Shown piece by piece: positions 1 to 11,295 of a DNA stretch of 64,000 bases. The notes under the pieces were generated by a model. The model was given only the letters and a program-made list of their open reading frames with translations. It was not told the DNA's origin and did no database searches. Source of the stretch: Oopsacas minuta (Eukaryota; Animalia; Porifera); assembly GCA_024704765.1 (NCBI GenBank), contig JAKMXF010000308.1:384800-448799 (forward strand), given 5' to 3'. Position numbers and translations under genes: made by a program. How positions within the stretch are numbered: the stretch's first letter is position 1; each line of letters starts with the position of its first letter.

Positions 1-461
1 ATTGAGAAGGGCCCGATTACCAGCTTTGAGCATGTCTGGCCTAACACAGTAGTGAAGTGCTGCTTCTTCCACCTCACACAGAATTTCTGGCGACATGTGC
101 AGTCTGTAGGGCTGCAGTCTGCCTACACACATGACGAAGAGTTAGCTATGTGCATCCGGAGGATACCAGCCCTTGCTTTTGCCCGACCAGCAGACGTACA
201 CGATCTGTTTGATCAAGTGGCAATGGACCTCCCCCTTACGTCTGAGATAGGCGAACTAGTCGACTACTTTGAGAGGACGTATATCGGTCGCACGCTAGCC
301 AGTGGATACCATGTAGCGGCGACGTTCCCCATCGACCTGTGGAACTACCACCTCAGCACGCCCTTCGGGCTCCTCCGTACAACCAACGCCGTGGAGGCAT
401 GGCACCACAGCTTCAATGCCACTGTCGGCTGCCATCACCCCACCATATGGAAGTTCCTCCT
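1..461 (+). pseudogene. MULE (Mutator-like) transposase fragment, C-terminal part of DDE domain; runs into assembly gap
   Basis: Translation DIEKGPITSF..VKCCFFHLTQNFWR..LVDYFERTYIG..RTTNAVEAWHHSFN has the MULE CxxH motif and the TNNxxExxH-type motif around the catalytic E. It is the exact reverse complement of 905-1365. Confidence 0.8.
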
Positions 462-903
462 NNNNNNNNNNNNNNNNNNNNNNNNNNNNNNNNNNNNNNN
501 NNNNNNNNNNNNNNNNNNNNNNNNNNNNNNNNNNNNNNNNNNNNNNNNNNNNNNNNNNNNNNNNNNNNNNNNNNNNNNNNNNNNNNNNNNNNNNNNNNNN
601 NNNNNNNNNNNNNNNNNNNNNNNNNNNNNNNNNNNNNNNNNNNNNNNNNNNNNNNNNNNNNNNNNNNNNNNNNNNNNNNNNNNNNNNNNNNNNNNNNNNN
701 NNNNNNNNNNNNNNNNNNNNNNNNNNNNNNNNNNNNNNNNNNNNNNNNNNNNNNNNNNNNNNNNNNNNNNNNNNNNNNNNNNNNNNNNNNNNNNNNNNNN
801 NNNNNNNNNNNNNNNNNNNNNNNNNNNNNNNNNNNNNNNNNNNNNNNNNNNNNNNNNNNNNNNNNNNNNNNNNNNNNNNNNNNNNNNNNNNNNNNNNNNN
901 NNN
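462..903. other. Assembly gap (442 N)
   Basis: Run of N between two exactly inverted sequence arms. Confidence 0.99.
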
Positions 904-904
904 T

Positions 905-1450
905 AGGAGGAACTTCCATATGGTGGGGTGATGGCAGCCGACAGTGGCATTGAAGCTGTGGTGCCATGCCTCCACGGCGTTGGTTGTACGGAGGAGCCCG
1001 AAGGGCGTGCTGAGGTGGTAGTTCCACAGGTCGATGGGGAACGTCGCCGCTACATGGTATCCACTGGCTAGCGTGCGACCGATATACGTCCTCTCAAAGT
1101 AGTCGACTAGTTCGCCTATCTCAGACGTAAGGGGGAGGTCCATTGCCACTTGATCAAACAGATCGTGTACGTCTGCTGGTCGGGCAAAAGCAAGGGCTGG
1201 TATCCTCCGGATGCACATAGCTAACTCTTCGTCATGTGTGTAGGCAGACTGCAGCCCTACAGACTGCACATGTCGCCAGAAATTCTGTGTGAGGTGGAAG
1301 AAGCAGCACTTCACTACTGTGTTAGGCCAGACATGCTCAAAGCTGGTAATCGGGCCCTTCTCAATGTCCAGGAGCATCTGTTGAGGCTGGACAAGTGGAC
1401 ACAGTAGGCCAATCAAATTAGGTGCGAATTGTCGTGGTGCGAATTGTCGG
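905..1450 (-). mobile_element. MULE transposase fragment (inverted copy of 1-461) joined to a probable element end with two GGTGCGAATTGTCG repeats (1421-1449)
   Basis: 905-1365 is the reverse complement of 1-461. Transposase similarity stops near 1405, where the 14-bp repeats begin, suggesting an internally deleted derivative. Confidence 0.7.
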
Positions 1451-1456
1451 TATTCC

Positions 1457-1809
1457 GTTGCCAAGGGAACGTGTTTTCATTTGTTTAAACTATAACTCAA
1501 AAACTATGAGTACTATGGCTCTAAAATGTATATCAGTAGTTCTCTAATAGTCAACTTCCTATTCACTAATAATATAGTTCATCTGCTCTTCATCCTTTTT
1601 GAGATATTTTGACATTTGCTATATAGATGGTAGTAAATACTATATGAGAAATGTCATAATATCTCAAAGATCACCGAAATCAAATGAAATATACTATTAG
1701 TGAATAGGAAGTTGACTATTAAAGAACTACTGGTATACATTTTGGAACCATAGCACTCATAGTTTTTGAGTTATAGTTTAAACAAATGAAAACACGTTCC
1801 CTTGGCAAC
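1457..1809. repeat. About 353-bp near-perfect hairpin (foldback/MITE-like)
   Basis: GTTGCCAAGGGAACGTGTTTTCATTTGTTTAAACTATAACTCAAAAACTATGAGT at 1457 is mirrored at the 1809 end. The arms pair almost to the centre, leaving a loop of about 13 nt near 1630-1640. No clear TSD. Confidence 0.85.
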
Positions 1810-2795
1810 ACAGGAATGTGTTCATATTCCATTCATATCAACTATTTTTTTCAAAATACTATTCGCCTCTGTCATTACATAGAACTGTAAAGCACTAAAA
1901 ACACTGAGAACATGCGTTAAACATGATTTGAAAAGCGGCCTTTTAGTTCTAAAAATAGCTTTTGCGAAACCACATGATGAGAAATGATATTTGGGACAAT
2001 TGTAATGCATATATCGATACCATATTCCAATATGTCATAAATATATACCTAAGCTCTATCATATATATTTCTCGAGATATGTGCTAAAAAATCACTTCCC
2101 TGTCGGCCTTAATGTATTGAAGCCTAGTCGGAAAAATACAGCCGTATATTAAGGAGGTCATGTGTGCAGATTCAGAAAAATAGGCGTGGGATATGTAACC
2201 AGGTTGACTAATAAATTGAGTGACTGTATATTACATAATATCTAAGCGTTTTGACTCGAAAATAAGTTTGGCAATTTAGTAAAGGAGAAAATTATCAAAG
2301 ATAATATGTTAAAGTGTGTTCGATTTGTTCTGGTGACAACCACACATTATTCTTAGTGCCTAGTCATGCCGGGTTTTGTTTCAACTTGATTTTCTGAAGC
2401 GTGTAGGCAGGGCCGTGAATAACCAGAACGGGCTCGGGTTGAGTTTTGATCCGGGCCTTGTTATATTTCACAACAATATTGAGTTTTACACTTGGATTCA
2501 CAAACCTGCAGGAAGTTACTCGTACATTGCGCAAATTAAGTTTTAGAAGTCAAATGCTATCTAGCTAAATAAATTTCTTTAGAATTCAAAACAATTGGAA
2601 CAGTTAGCAAGCCTGGCACATCCCTTTCTATAATAACATTTTTTGCATTCCTCCCTTTACCAAATTTGTAATTGAAATATGGGAACTATAGATTGTTTAA
2701 TCAAGTCAAAGAGGCAGATATATGAGAACTAATACATTAGCATTTCCGTATTGTTAAGAGTGCGTATCGATTTTTTATGTTTATTTGCAATAATA

Positions 2796-4068
2796 CAGGG
2801 TGGCCAATAGGTTCTGGCACATAACTTTATATCGTACCAAAATCTTTCATGATTTAGATTGATTGACGTTACTAGTTTGTATTTATTCTGTTATCTCTCG
2901 CAATACAATATTTATTGAAAAATACACTATTTGAAAACCAGAACAAATTATCAGCTATGGAGAAAGAACGGTCGGCGATTGTTGAATTATTTCAAGATGG
3001 GGAAAAACAAAAGGAAATAATGAAACTTTGAAACATTCCACAGACACGTCGGAATTTCATAATCCGTACGATAAAACGCTTCAATGAGACTGGTGGCGTG
3101 ATCAGGACAGAGCCAGGACTGTTCGCCCGGCCTCCATCATGATCGTAAAGATGCGAAAGGTAGTGCGGAGTCGTGTGGCGAAATCCTCAGCGATCGATCA
3201 GAAAAATGGCTAAAGAACTGAAAATATCCCTGTGGATCTCTTCAAACGATTGTCAAGAGAGTATCTTCCATTTCCTTTTAAACAAAACAAAGACAAAGAG
3301 GCTCTCAAGAAGCAAAGTCCTCCATTCACGATTCGCAGGCCAGGGGCTGGATCAAGTCCTTTTCTCCGATGAAAACTTTTCACAGTTGAACAAGCATTCA
3401 ATCATCAAAACGATAGAATATTATCCAAAAGCACTTCTACCTGATGAGTACAGGTGCGTCAAAAGAGTCCAGAAACCACTCTCGTTGATGGTTTGGGCCG
3501 GAATATCTTCTGTTGGCCGGACACCACTGGTTTTCGTCCCTGCAGGGGTCAAAATTATGTTACAACGTATAAGGAGCTCATTTTACAGCCCATTGTGAAA
3601 GATCTTGGTGAGATGATGTTTGAAAACCAGCCGTTCATATTCCAATAAGACGGTGCTCCTGCCCATACAGCAAACAGTACTCAGCGATGGCTTCAGACAA
3701 ATATTCCTGACTTTATCTCAAAGGTAGAATGGCCGTCTTGCCCAGACCTCAACCCTCTAGATTTCTCAGTGTGGTCCATTTTGGAGTCAAGTGCTTGCTC
3801 GAAGTCCCATAACAGTATTGAGTCTCTATAGCAATCTCTGACGGGAGAATGGGCCAAAAATCCCCCAGGAGATGCTGCGCACCGCAGTGTGGGCAGTCCC
3901 CGGGCGTCTGAAGGCTGTTATCAAAAAGAAATGCGAATACATAGAATAGAGATTGTGCACAATAAAACTCATAATGCCTAACTACTTATGCAAAATATCA
4001 ACTCAATATAATGAATATTGGTTAAATTATAACAGTTATCTATGTGCCAGAACTTATTGGCCACCCTG
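2796..4068 (+). mobile_element. Tc1/mariner maT (DD37D-type) element, full length, transposase (about 2957-3949) disabled
   Basis: TIRs CAGGGTGGCCAATA(G/A)GTTCTGGCACA, TA on both flanks. Motifs MEKERSAIVELF, LFSDE, QDGAPAH..WPSCPDLNPLDF (D-36-D here, one codon short of DD37D). Several stops and frameshifts. Confidence 0.9.
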
Positions 4069-4869
4069 TATGTCCAATATGATGGGAAGTGGCACTTAGT
4101 GCAACTCTGATATCAAGTTCTACATCTAACCGATTCCTATGTTTGGTTTTGATGATATTATTTGGCTAAACGCAGCTTCTGACACTTGACAAAATTCGAT
4201 CTTTAGAGTGGAATCAACACGTAGTTAAATTATTCATCTTTTATGTTAAAATTATCATCTGAAATGAGATCAAGAGGAAATTTAACCCACTGATTGCCTC
4301 TATACATCACCATATTAATTTCCAAGTACTGATCGAGAAAGTGTTAATGGAACATATTGACAAGATGTCGATGCGTTCGATTAACAGACTCTAAAGTACA
4401 CTCAATGGATTCTGCTCAGTGCCGTTACTACAGCAGAAACCATGTCAGCGAGATAAGATACTCAGGCTAAATTACTCATCTAAAAAGTATTATTCCAAAA
4501 AATTACCTTTAGCGGTATTGGATTTCTGGTATTTGACTACAGTTTTCGAGAAAAGGTGAGATTTTTCAAAAAATCACTTTGTAAATATCTGAAAATTTTG
4601 TTCTCTTACATTATTTTCAAAAAATTTGAAAAAATCTCACATATTTAAATATACTACGTCATCAACACCCTGATATATTTCTAAAAAATTTTATATGTAG
4701 TGTTTTCTTTAATTTTTCCCAAATCTTCGAGATCTATTCATAGCTCAGATTACATGCTTCATTATACATCGTAAAAATTATCTAGTGTCTAAAATAAATC
4801 TATATATTGACGTTACATACCTTTTGTCATTCTACGTCACTATCTCGCAGATTTCACGCCTTTTTTGCT

Positions 4870-5376
4870 TTCTGGAATGTAGAACAACTCGAGACTCCAG
4901 TTGAAGCTAGTCTCTTAGTCATGCAGACATTTATCTAAGCCTCTACTATTGCAGCTAAATTTGATTAGTTTGGAAATGCAATCGAAATGTCCCCGCTATT
5001 TATCAATTTCGATAGTACATCCTACAAGGGGCTATTCTTGTATTGCCTTCAATTTTTCGCCCAAACAATTTCCATCCTGCTTCAGTTTCCCTTCCATCAA
5101 TGTCTGGTTGTGACATCATCATCATCACTAAAGTTGACATTTTGATAACACTATATTATTTTATTTGAATCTTCATTCTTTCCGTACCTTAGTTAGGCGA
5201 TAGTTGAAGTTCGGTTTAGGGAGATGGCGAGAGTCAAAAACGGACATAGAAGAGACTAGATCAGTAAACTATCTAAAGAAATTGAAAATTTCCTCTTCCA
5301 TGATCACAATGTGTTTTCCACAAAGCTGAGTATCATCTGTAAAAGCTAAAGAATGTTCTTGAACCAAGTGGTTCTG
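4870..5376 (-). pseudogene. hAT transposase relic, C-terminal part (ZNF862-like); continuation of 8615-9165
   Basis: Fragments TTWFKN, TDLVSSMSVFDSRHLP and DISIAFPN*SNLAAIV (start of the hAT dimerization region), with many lesions. Confidence 0.6.
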
Positions 5377-5430
5377 CACAGTGTGGCAAAAATGACAATT
5401 ATGGGGTAATGGGGACTTACACTGAAGATA

Positions 5431-7741
5431 CAGTCCGTCAAGATGAAACTGAGACTTTTGTGTAATTGTGTATATTTTCAGAATTTTTTCATTTGCTATG
5501 GTTAGATATGAGAAGCATTTGTTTTCTGATTCATTTATATATGTATATCAAGTTACCATTAGTTAATTGATTCAAAATACACGAACAACCTATCAGTCTG
5601 CCACTAAGCATACACATTCCTGAAAATATCAGCTATATTTCCATAGGCCGCTCCAATATCAGTTTTTGGCTCATATTTGTCTTTGTGTCGAATTACGTAA
5701 TCAGTATGGTGGAGTTAGAACGAAAGACCTCATCCCAAAATTATTCGATGTCGGGGTTACAAGTGGTAGCGAAATACATCAGCATACAGCTATCCCGAGG
5801 AGCACTGTCTTCCGTATATAGCCAAATTTCGTCACGACGGTGATATACAGAGGAAATCTGAAACCGGAGAACAGAGAATATTACATGTGAACGATGCTAG
5901 ATCTCTTGTAAGCTTGGGAAATCAGAATCGCAAGATGTCCATACGGAAATTGGCCAGTCGATTCAATCATCTTCGCCAGAAAAGTTTATCCCATGAGACG
6001 GTCAGGAAGGAATTACAGAGGAGAGGGTACACCCACAAGGTTGGAAGGAGTATTCCTGTGCTAACGGGTCGACGCCAACAACAAAGAGTATTGTGTGCTA
6101 AGAATAATAAACAAACTAACTGGGAGCGAGTTATTTTCAGCGATGAGAAGTCAATTTGGCTAGCTGGTTGCAGAATAAGGCTGTGGTGCAAAGGACACCA
6201 ACAAGTGGTCAAGCAAAGCACCAAACATAGTCCAATATTACATGTTTGGTGAGCATTTTCTGCTCATGGGACCTTTCCGTTGAAGGTTTTTAGGCAGAAC
6301 CTCACCGGAGAATTATATACGAACATCCTAAACGAGTGTCTGATTAGACAAGCTCAGGTATTGTCTGTTGCGTGAGATTTTAACTCATTAGTATTATTGG
6401 ACCAGGGACAGCCTTTCACCGTGAGATTTTAACTCATCTATATTAAATGACTGTGAATTTGCAGGATATTCGACCAGGATCATTTCAATCGCTAATTTGT
6501 CCTACTTGTACTCATCAGATTTACCCGAAATTAATATCATTCGGTAGAAGAGTGTTGGAAGTTGTATAAAATATAATTTTCTTAAACATTTTTAAACTTT
6601 TACATATATATTTTGTCATGATGAGTAGGGTCGCTTCTCTATCAAATCGACGACCTAAAAGTGAGAATACAAATCTGAAATTTTGTGTCTATATTTGTGA
6701 CCCATGCACAGTGTGGCAAAATGGCCATAATGGGGAAATAGGTAAATGAATCTGTATTATCACCGCAATTATACTTACACATACTCTATCGACACTGTAG
6801 ATTTCAAAAATACCAATGATTTTTTAGTAGCACGACTATAAACCTAGTTATGACGTAATTACTGACATTTTCTAATTTTTAACACTTGTGGTTCATTAGT
6901 GAGGATATTATGAAAGTTGATAATACATGCATGTCATGGTCTCTATTCTGCTATTTGATAACGTACAATTTAAAGACCCTTAATTATGTATGACTATTGG
7001 ATATACTTATTATCATAAATCATCTGATAGTATACTATTATATAATATCTCTTGGAGGCTATTTGCAACGTCTCTTTTCTTCTTTGCGTGCATCAAACGA
7101 TTCTGTACTAAGATGGGGTCACTACAACATAACAACCTGACTAAAATATCNGAGTACAAGTAGGACAAATTAGTGATTGAAATGATCCTGGTCGAATATC
7201 CTGCAAATTCACAGTCGTTTAATATAGATGAGTTAAAATCTCACGGTGAAAGGCTGTCCCTGGTCCAATAATACTAATGAGTTACAATTTCACATGAGTT
7301 AGAATCTCACGCAACTGTACCCTGATGGCTGGGTCTTTCAGGAAGACAACGATCCAAACCACACGTCAAAGGTTGCTAAGACTTTACATGAAAGTGATAA
7401 TATAGTTATTTCGTATGGAATGACCTGGTTGTAGCCTAGATCTGAACCCGATCGAAAATTGTGGGCTTGGATCAAACATCAGATCGATTTGAACCATCCT
7501 CGTAATCTTAGTGACTTGAAGAAACCCTTCGTCTATTTGGGATTCTATAGAACCCGAATTTTGAAACCTTATTGGCAATATATGCTAAAACGTCAGAAGT
7601 TAGTGATCCAGAGAAATGGCTTTAAGATCAAATATTAGTCTATAGACACGTTTTAAAATCAACTCGTATTTCGAGGCTTGTGATGATTATCTTTTAGAAA
7701 CTCAGGTTAAAACATAGTCTCAATTTCATTTTGACACACTG
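5431..7741 (+). mobile_element. Tc1 (DD34E-type) element, disabled, split by a nested insertion
   Basis: TIRs CAGTCCGTCAAGATGAAACTGAGACT / reverse complement CAGTGTGTCAAAATGAAATTGAGACT, TA flanks. Motifs IFSDEKSIWL, QAQVL|YPDGWVFQEDNDPNH, DLNPIEN. CDS about 5706-7638. Confidence 0.88.
6365..7317. mobile_element. About 950-bp non-autonomous element with about 150-170 bp TIRs, inserted at a TA in the Tc1 ORF
   Basis: 6365-6513 pairs with 7152-7317. Removing it restores QAQVL-YPDGW. The right TA is intact (7318-7319) and the left one is eroded. Subterminal palindrome TGAGATTTTAACTCA is repeated. Confidence 0.85.
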
Positions 7742-8614
7742 TAGGTATAAGTTAAAATGTTGTCAGTTATAGTAAATCGACTCTGTATATTTCAAACATA
7801 ACACCAGTTTTTAGTTGCACTTCTGGAAATGGGGCTATGACGTAATCTGGGATATTTGATGTAGTTCATTTTTATGGTTCAAGAATAAATGAGTTCTAAA
7901 TTTGTGAGTGTTATATATCAGCCAGCCCTATTTATTCATAAACTTGAATAACAATGCATACACTAAATTTAATTCTTCATTGGATAATTCATAAAAGGAT
8001 ACTAATGAATTCGAAATACACTAATTATAATATGTTATAGCGGAAGTCAGAATTTTTCTAAAAATACATTTCATCCGAATCGGTGTGCCCCATACACTCA
8101 AAGTCAAGATAAGTAAGTGGGCGCCTTTGGGCGGGTGTAGAAATGATTGAAAATGAAATTTAGGAAGATATACTATGCGAAATTGTCAACTAGTCACCTT
8201 GCAATTATTTGCATTGTAAGATCGGGGACCTAAAATGTAGGTCAAGGAGCTGAAATATGGATAATAAAAGACGGATAAAATGCTTTAAGGATGAATATAT
8301 CAAGATATTATTTGTTTTGCAAACTGGTTAAAATTAATCACATAGTGCATACGAATACTGATAAATACCATTGAATTACTGAAAATCCAGGAATGCTTAA
8401 ATATCGCAAGAGTATTTGAAGAAAAATATTTTTGGTTTTCAGGTATTCAAATTTCACCCTAAGTTTGAGACTTTTGTTAGACATTTTATAAGTTCCTTAA
8501 GTAACTAATGATAGAATATTTCTAGGTTTGAAATAGTTTAAATCGAATGCACACATTTATTTGGTAAATAGCGAAGTCAAATGTTCACCTATTACCGCAT
8601 ATTTCCACACTGTG

Positions 8615-9165
8615 CTTTTACTATTTCTTTAATCTCTGTTAGTCTTTCAGTAGTAATATTGACCTTTAATGGCACAATGTCAAGGTCTATCGCTTCCCTG
8701 TAAAAATACTTGTAACTTGGCTACTAATCGATTACATCTGATAGCATATTGATACAAGCTACAGTTTTGTCTATTGACAAGACAGTCGCAATTCTATGTG
8801 CATTAATCACAAGTTTCATCATAAATCTCTTCAAATCTACGTACCAATGCATGGATACTCCGTCGCACAGCACACATGGCTAATTCACGTGCGAGCCGTC
8901 AAGGATCAATAGGGCTTATCATTTTAATCTCAGGAGACTGGAGTTCCGCTTGGATCAGTGGAAGTTTTTCTGCTTTCTTGGGAGAACAATGGAAAGTTTC
9001 CGGATTCGTAATATAGTACCTAAACTCACATTATTTGCACATGTTCTGCTCAAGCGTTGACAGCAACAAGTGGAAGTTTATGGGACCTGTAGTGGATATA
9101 AATTGCACTTGGTGCAAGTAATCTCAGACGCCTTTGAACGCCACTTATATGGCCACACATTGTAT
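8615..9165 (-). pseudogene. hAT transposase relic, central part (ZNF862-like)
   Basis: CGHISGVQRRLRLLAPSAIYIHYRSHKLPL matches the hAT GVQ..P.A.Y.HC.AH.L.L motif. Further fragments include EAIDLDIVPLKVNITTERL. Confidence 0.75.
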
Positions 9166-11040
9166 TAGTCCATCAAACCAAAGGGCTGCTCTCTCTCAGG
9201 GTCATCGTCAGGGTGGAGAAAGTTGTCAATGCAGCATTTTGTTAAGTCAGTGTAGGTGAATGCTGTACTGATTGTCCCCTGTGGGATCCCTATCTGGAAA
9301 GTCCCTCCATCCGGGTACACATCCGTAACGGTGCCAATGAGACTGGTGAGACCAATGCTAGCCCTTTCAGTGCACGGAATGGGTATCCTTGCATTGTCTC
9401 CCTTCTCAATAGTCTTGCTACGTTTCTTGCTAGACTGTATCACGTCAACTCCTTGCTTCCTGAGTGCTCTCCAGCCTCATTGACTGAGCTGCTCAATATT
9501 CCGCGCGTTCCTGCAGTACTCATCAAGCGCACAGAAGTACTGTACTGGAGTCTTATCGTATGCCTCTACTCTGTCCAGGCAGTCAGCATGAAATGGATCC
9601 AGTTTACAATGGCTGCAACTCACAGTATAGTTGCCATCATCGGTTACACAGACTGGACAGAGAAGATGGTCAGTGAAGTAGGTGTCAGATGTGAAGGGAA
9701 TAGGAGATGACGGTGGTAGAGGTGAGAAGGATGGGTCAGAAGGTATCGGCTCGGACTGGCCGGAGGTAATGTTAATACAAGGTGTAACTTGTATTCCGAT
9801 CAGCGGGGATACAGTAAGGTTGTAGGAATCGTATCCAGATCGTCGGCAAACACAGATAAAGTAGGCCTTAGAGTCGTCAGGAGATCGTCCGTATCAGTGT
9901 TGTCTGCTGGCGTGTCCTCCTGCTGCTGGGATGGAGTGAAAGATGGGTAGGTACTGATATCATGGGAAGAGCAAGGCTGTGGTAGCAGTATCAGTGAGTG
10001 TGGCGATCGCTGCAATATCTATTTCATCAGTAGGTTCCTGTAGGGAAAGAGAGGTTAATAACATAGGGCTGGGTGGTGGTGGTGGTGGTGGTGGTGTATG
10101 CGGAGTATGAGCATACTCGGTAACTTGTCTGGTAGCTAGCACCTGTTCCAGCTGGTCCTCATCATCAAGGGTGTTAAGTACCTCGCTTAGCAGTAGCATA
10201 TCCACACTGAGATCAGGTGGCGTTCTCCCAAAGTGTACAGAGAAGGGTGTCGCCTTAATACCCGAGTGGTATGCGTTATTCTTACTATACTGAACAAATT
10301 GTAACTCACTTGCCCACTCATTGGCCTCTTTACCCACATCCATGAGACGTGCAATAATTGCTTCTTGAAATCACCATTAGCTCGCTCCACATTTCCCAGG
10401 TCCTGTGAGTGTCTTGGCCTCCCCTGCACAAGGTGTGAACTTGTCCAGAGTCTGTGGGCGGCAGTGAATAGATGCTTGTTAACGAACTCTCTCCCATTAT
10501 CCGTGTGCAAGATGTGTGACGGGCCATGCTCACAGAAGATCTGTATCAAATGTTCAGCCACTTCTACCGCTCGCTTGGACTTGAGAGGCCTTAGGATGAC
10601 AAACTTGTTGAAGTAGTCCTGGTAGTTGAGGATGTGCTGATAGTCCTTGTTTGGGAATGTCTGCATATCTACAAGATCAGCCTGCCCACGCAGCCCAACA
10701 TTTCTCAGGTATGATAGGTCTGTTAATTACTTTCAGTGTACATTTCCTGCCCTTGTTGGCTTGGTAAATGGCGCAAAGGTGGACGAAGAGAAACAATCAC
10801 TGCACAAAGCACGTGATAGTTGTGGCTCATGAAATACTCGTACATCCTGTCTCGTCCCCCACAACTGAGCTCGTGATGTGCGGCCACTAACGTATCCAAC
10901 AGGTCTTCCTTAGTCGCTACGCGTAACTTGCTCGGTGTAGTCCCCCTGAACTCACTCCCTTTCAGGTATAGGACCTTTACACCCTCAAACTCCTCCACAG
11001 AATAGCGCAACTTGGTCCTGTCCTAATTGTGATCGTTTAT
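9165..11040 (-). pseudogene. KRBA2/SCAND3-like (Ginger2-type) rve integrase relic with HHCC-like region, DDE core, Pro-rich linker and Cys/His finger
   Basis: Frameshifted fragments AAHHELSCGGRDRM, VDMQTFPNKDYQHILNYQDYFNKFVILRPLKSKRAVEVA, ILHTDNGREF, GRPRHSQDLGNVERANGD, KNNAYHSGIKATPF, SCSHCKLDPFHADCL, GDNARIPIP..GIPQGTI. Confidence 0.8.
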
Positions 11041-11295
11041 GTTGCAATTATCTTCTCTGTTACGCCTATAATCCCATCTCTCTCTCTCTCTCTCTACCAA
11101 CTGTAAAAACAGGATTTTCAAAACCGCCTTAATCAACTGGCCAACTACCTTTATAATCAACTAGTCAACTACTCTTATGATTTTCTGGTCAACTACCCTT
11201 ATACTCAAGTGTTCAACTAATTCACTGAAAAATAATAGAGTTTCTAGAAACACGTTTACTACATTATTTCCTAATTTGTCATGATCTTCATAGTA

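Larger units (their letters stand above)
5377..8614. mobile_element. Non-autonomous element with (G)CACAGTGTGG...CCACACTGTG(C) termini (Transib-like ends), inserted in the hAT relic and interrupted by a Tc1
   Basis: 10-11 bp inverted termini at 5377 and 8605-8614 fall exactly at the break in the hAT reading frame. A second left-end copy lies at 6707. No matching TSD seen. Confidence 0.55.

Noticed and set aside
52-1464. ORF-track proteins of 171-389 aa spanning the N run
   Set aside because: Lengths are inflated by X residues. The 1464 start lies inside the hairpin element, not in the transposase.
5377-5420. True 12/23 recombination signal sequence
   Set aside because: The heptamer is present but there is no ACAAAAACC-like nonamer at 12 or 23 bp, and no Ig- or RAG-like coding sequence nearby.
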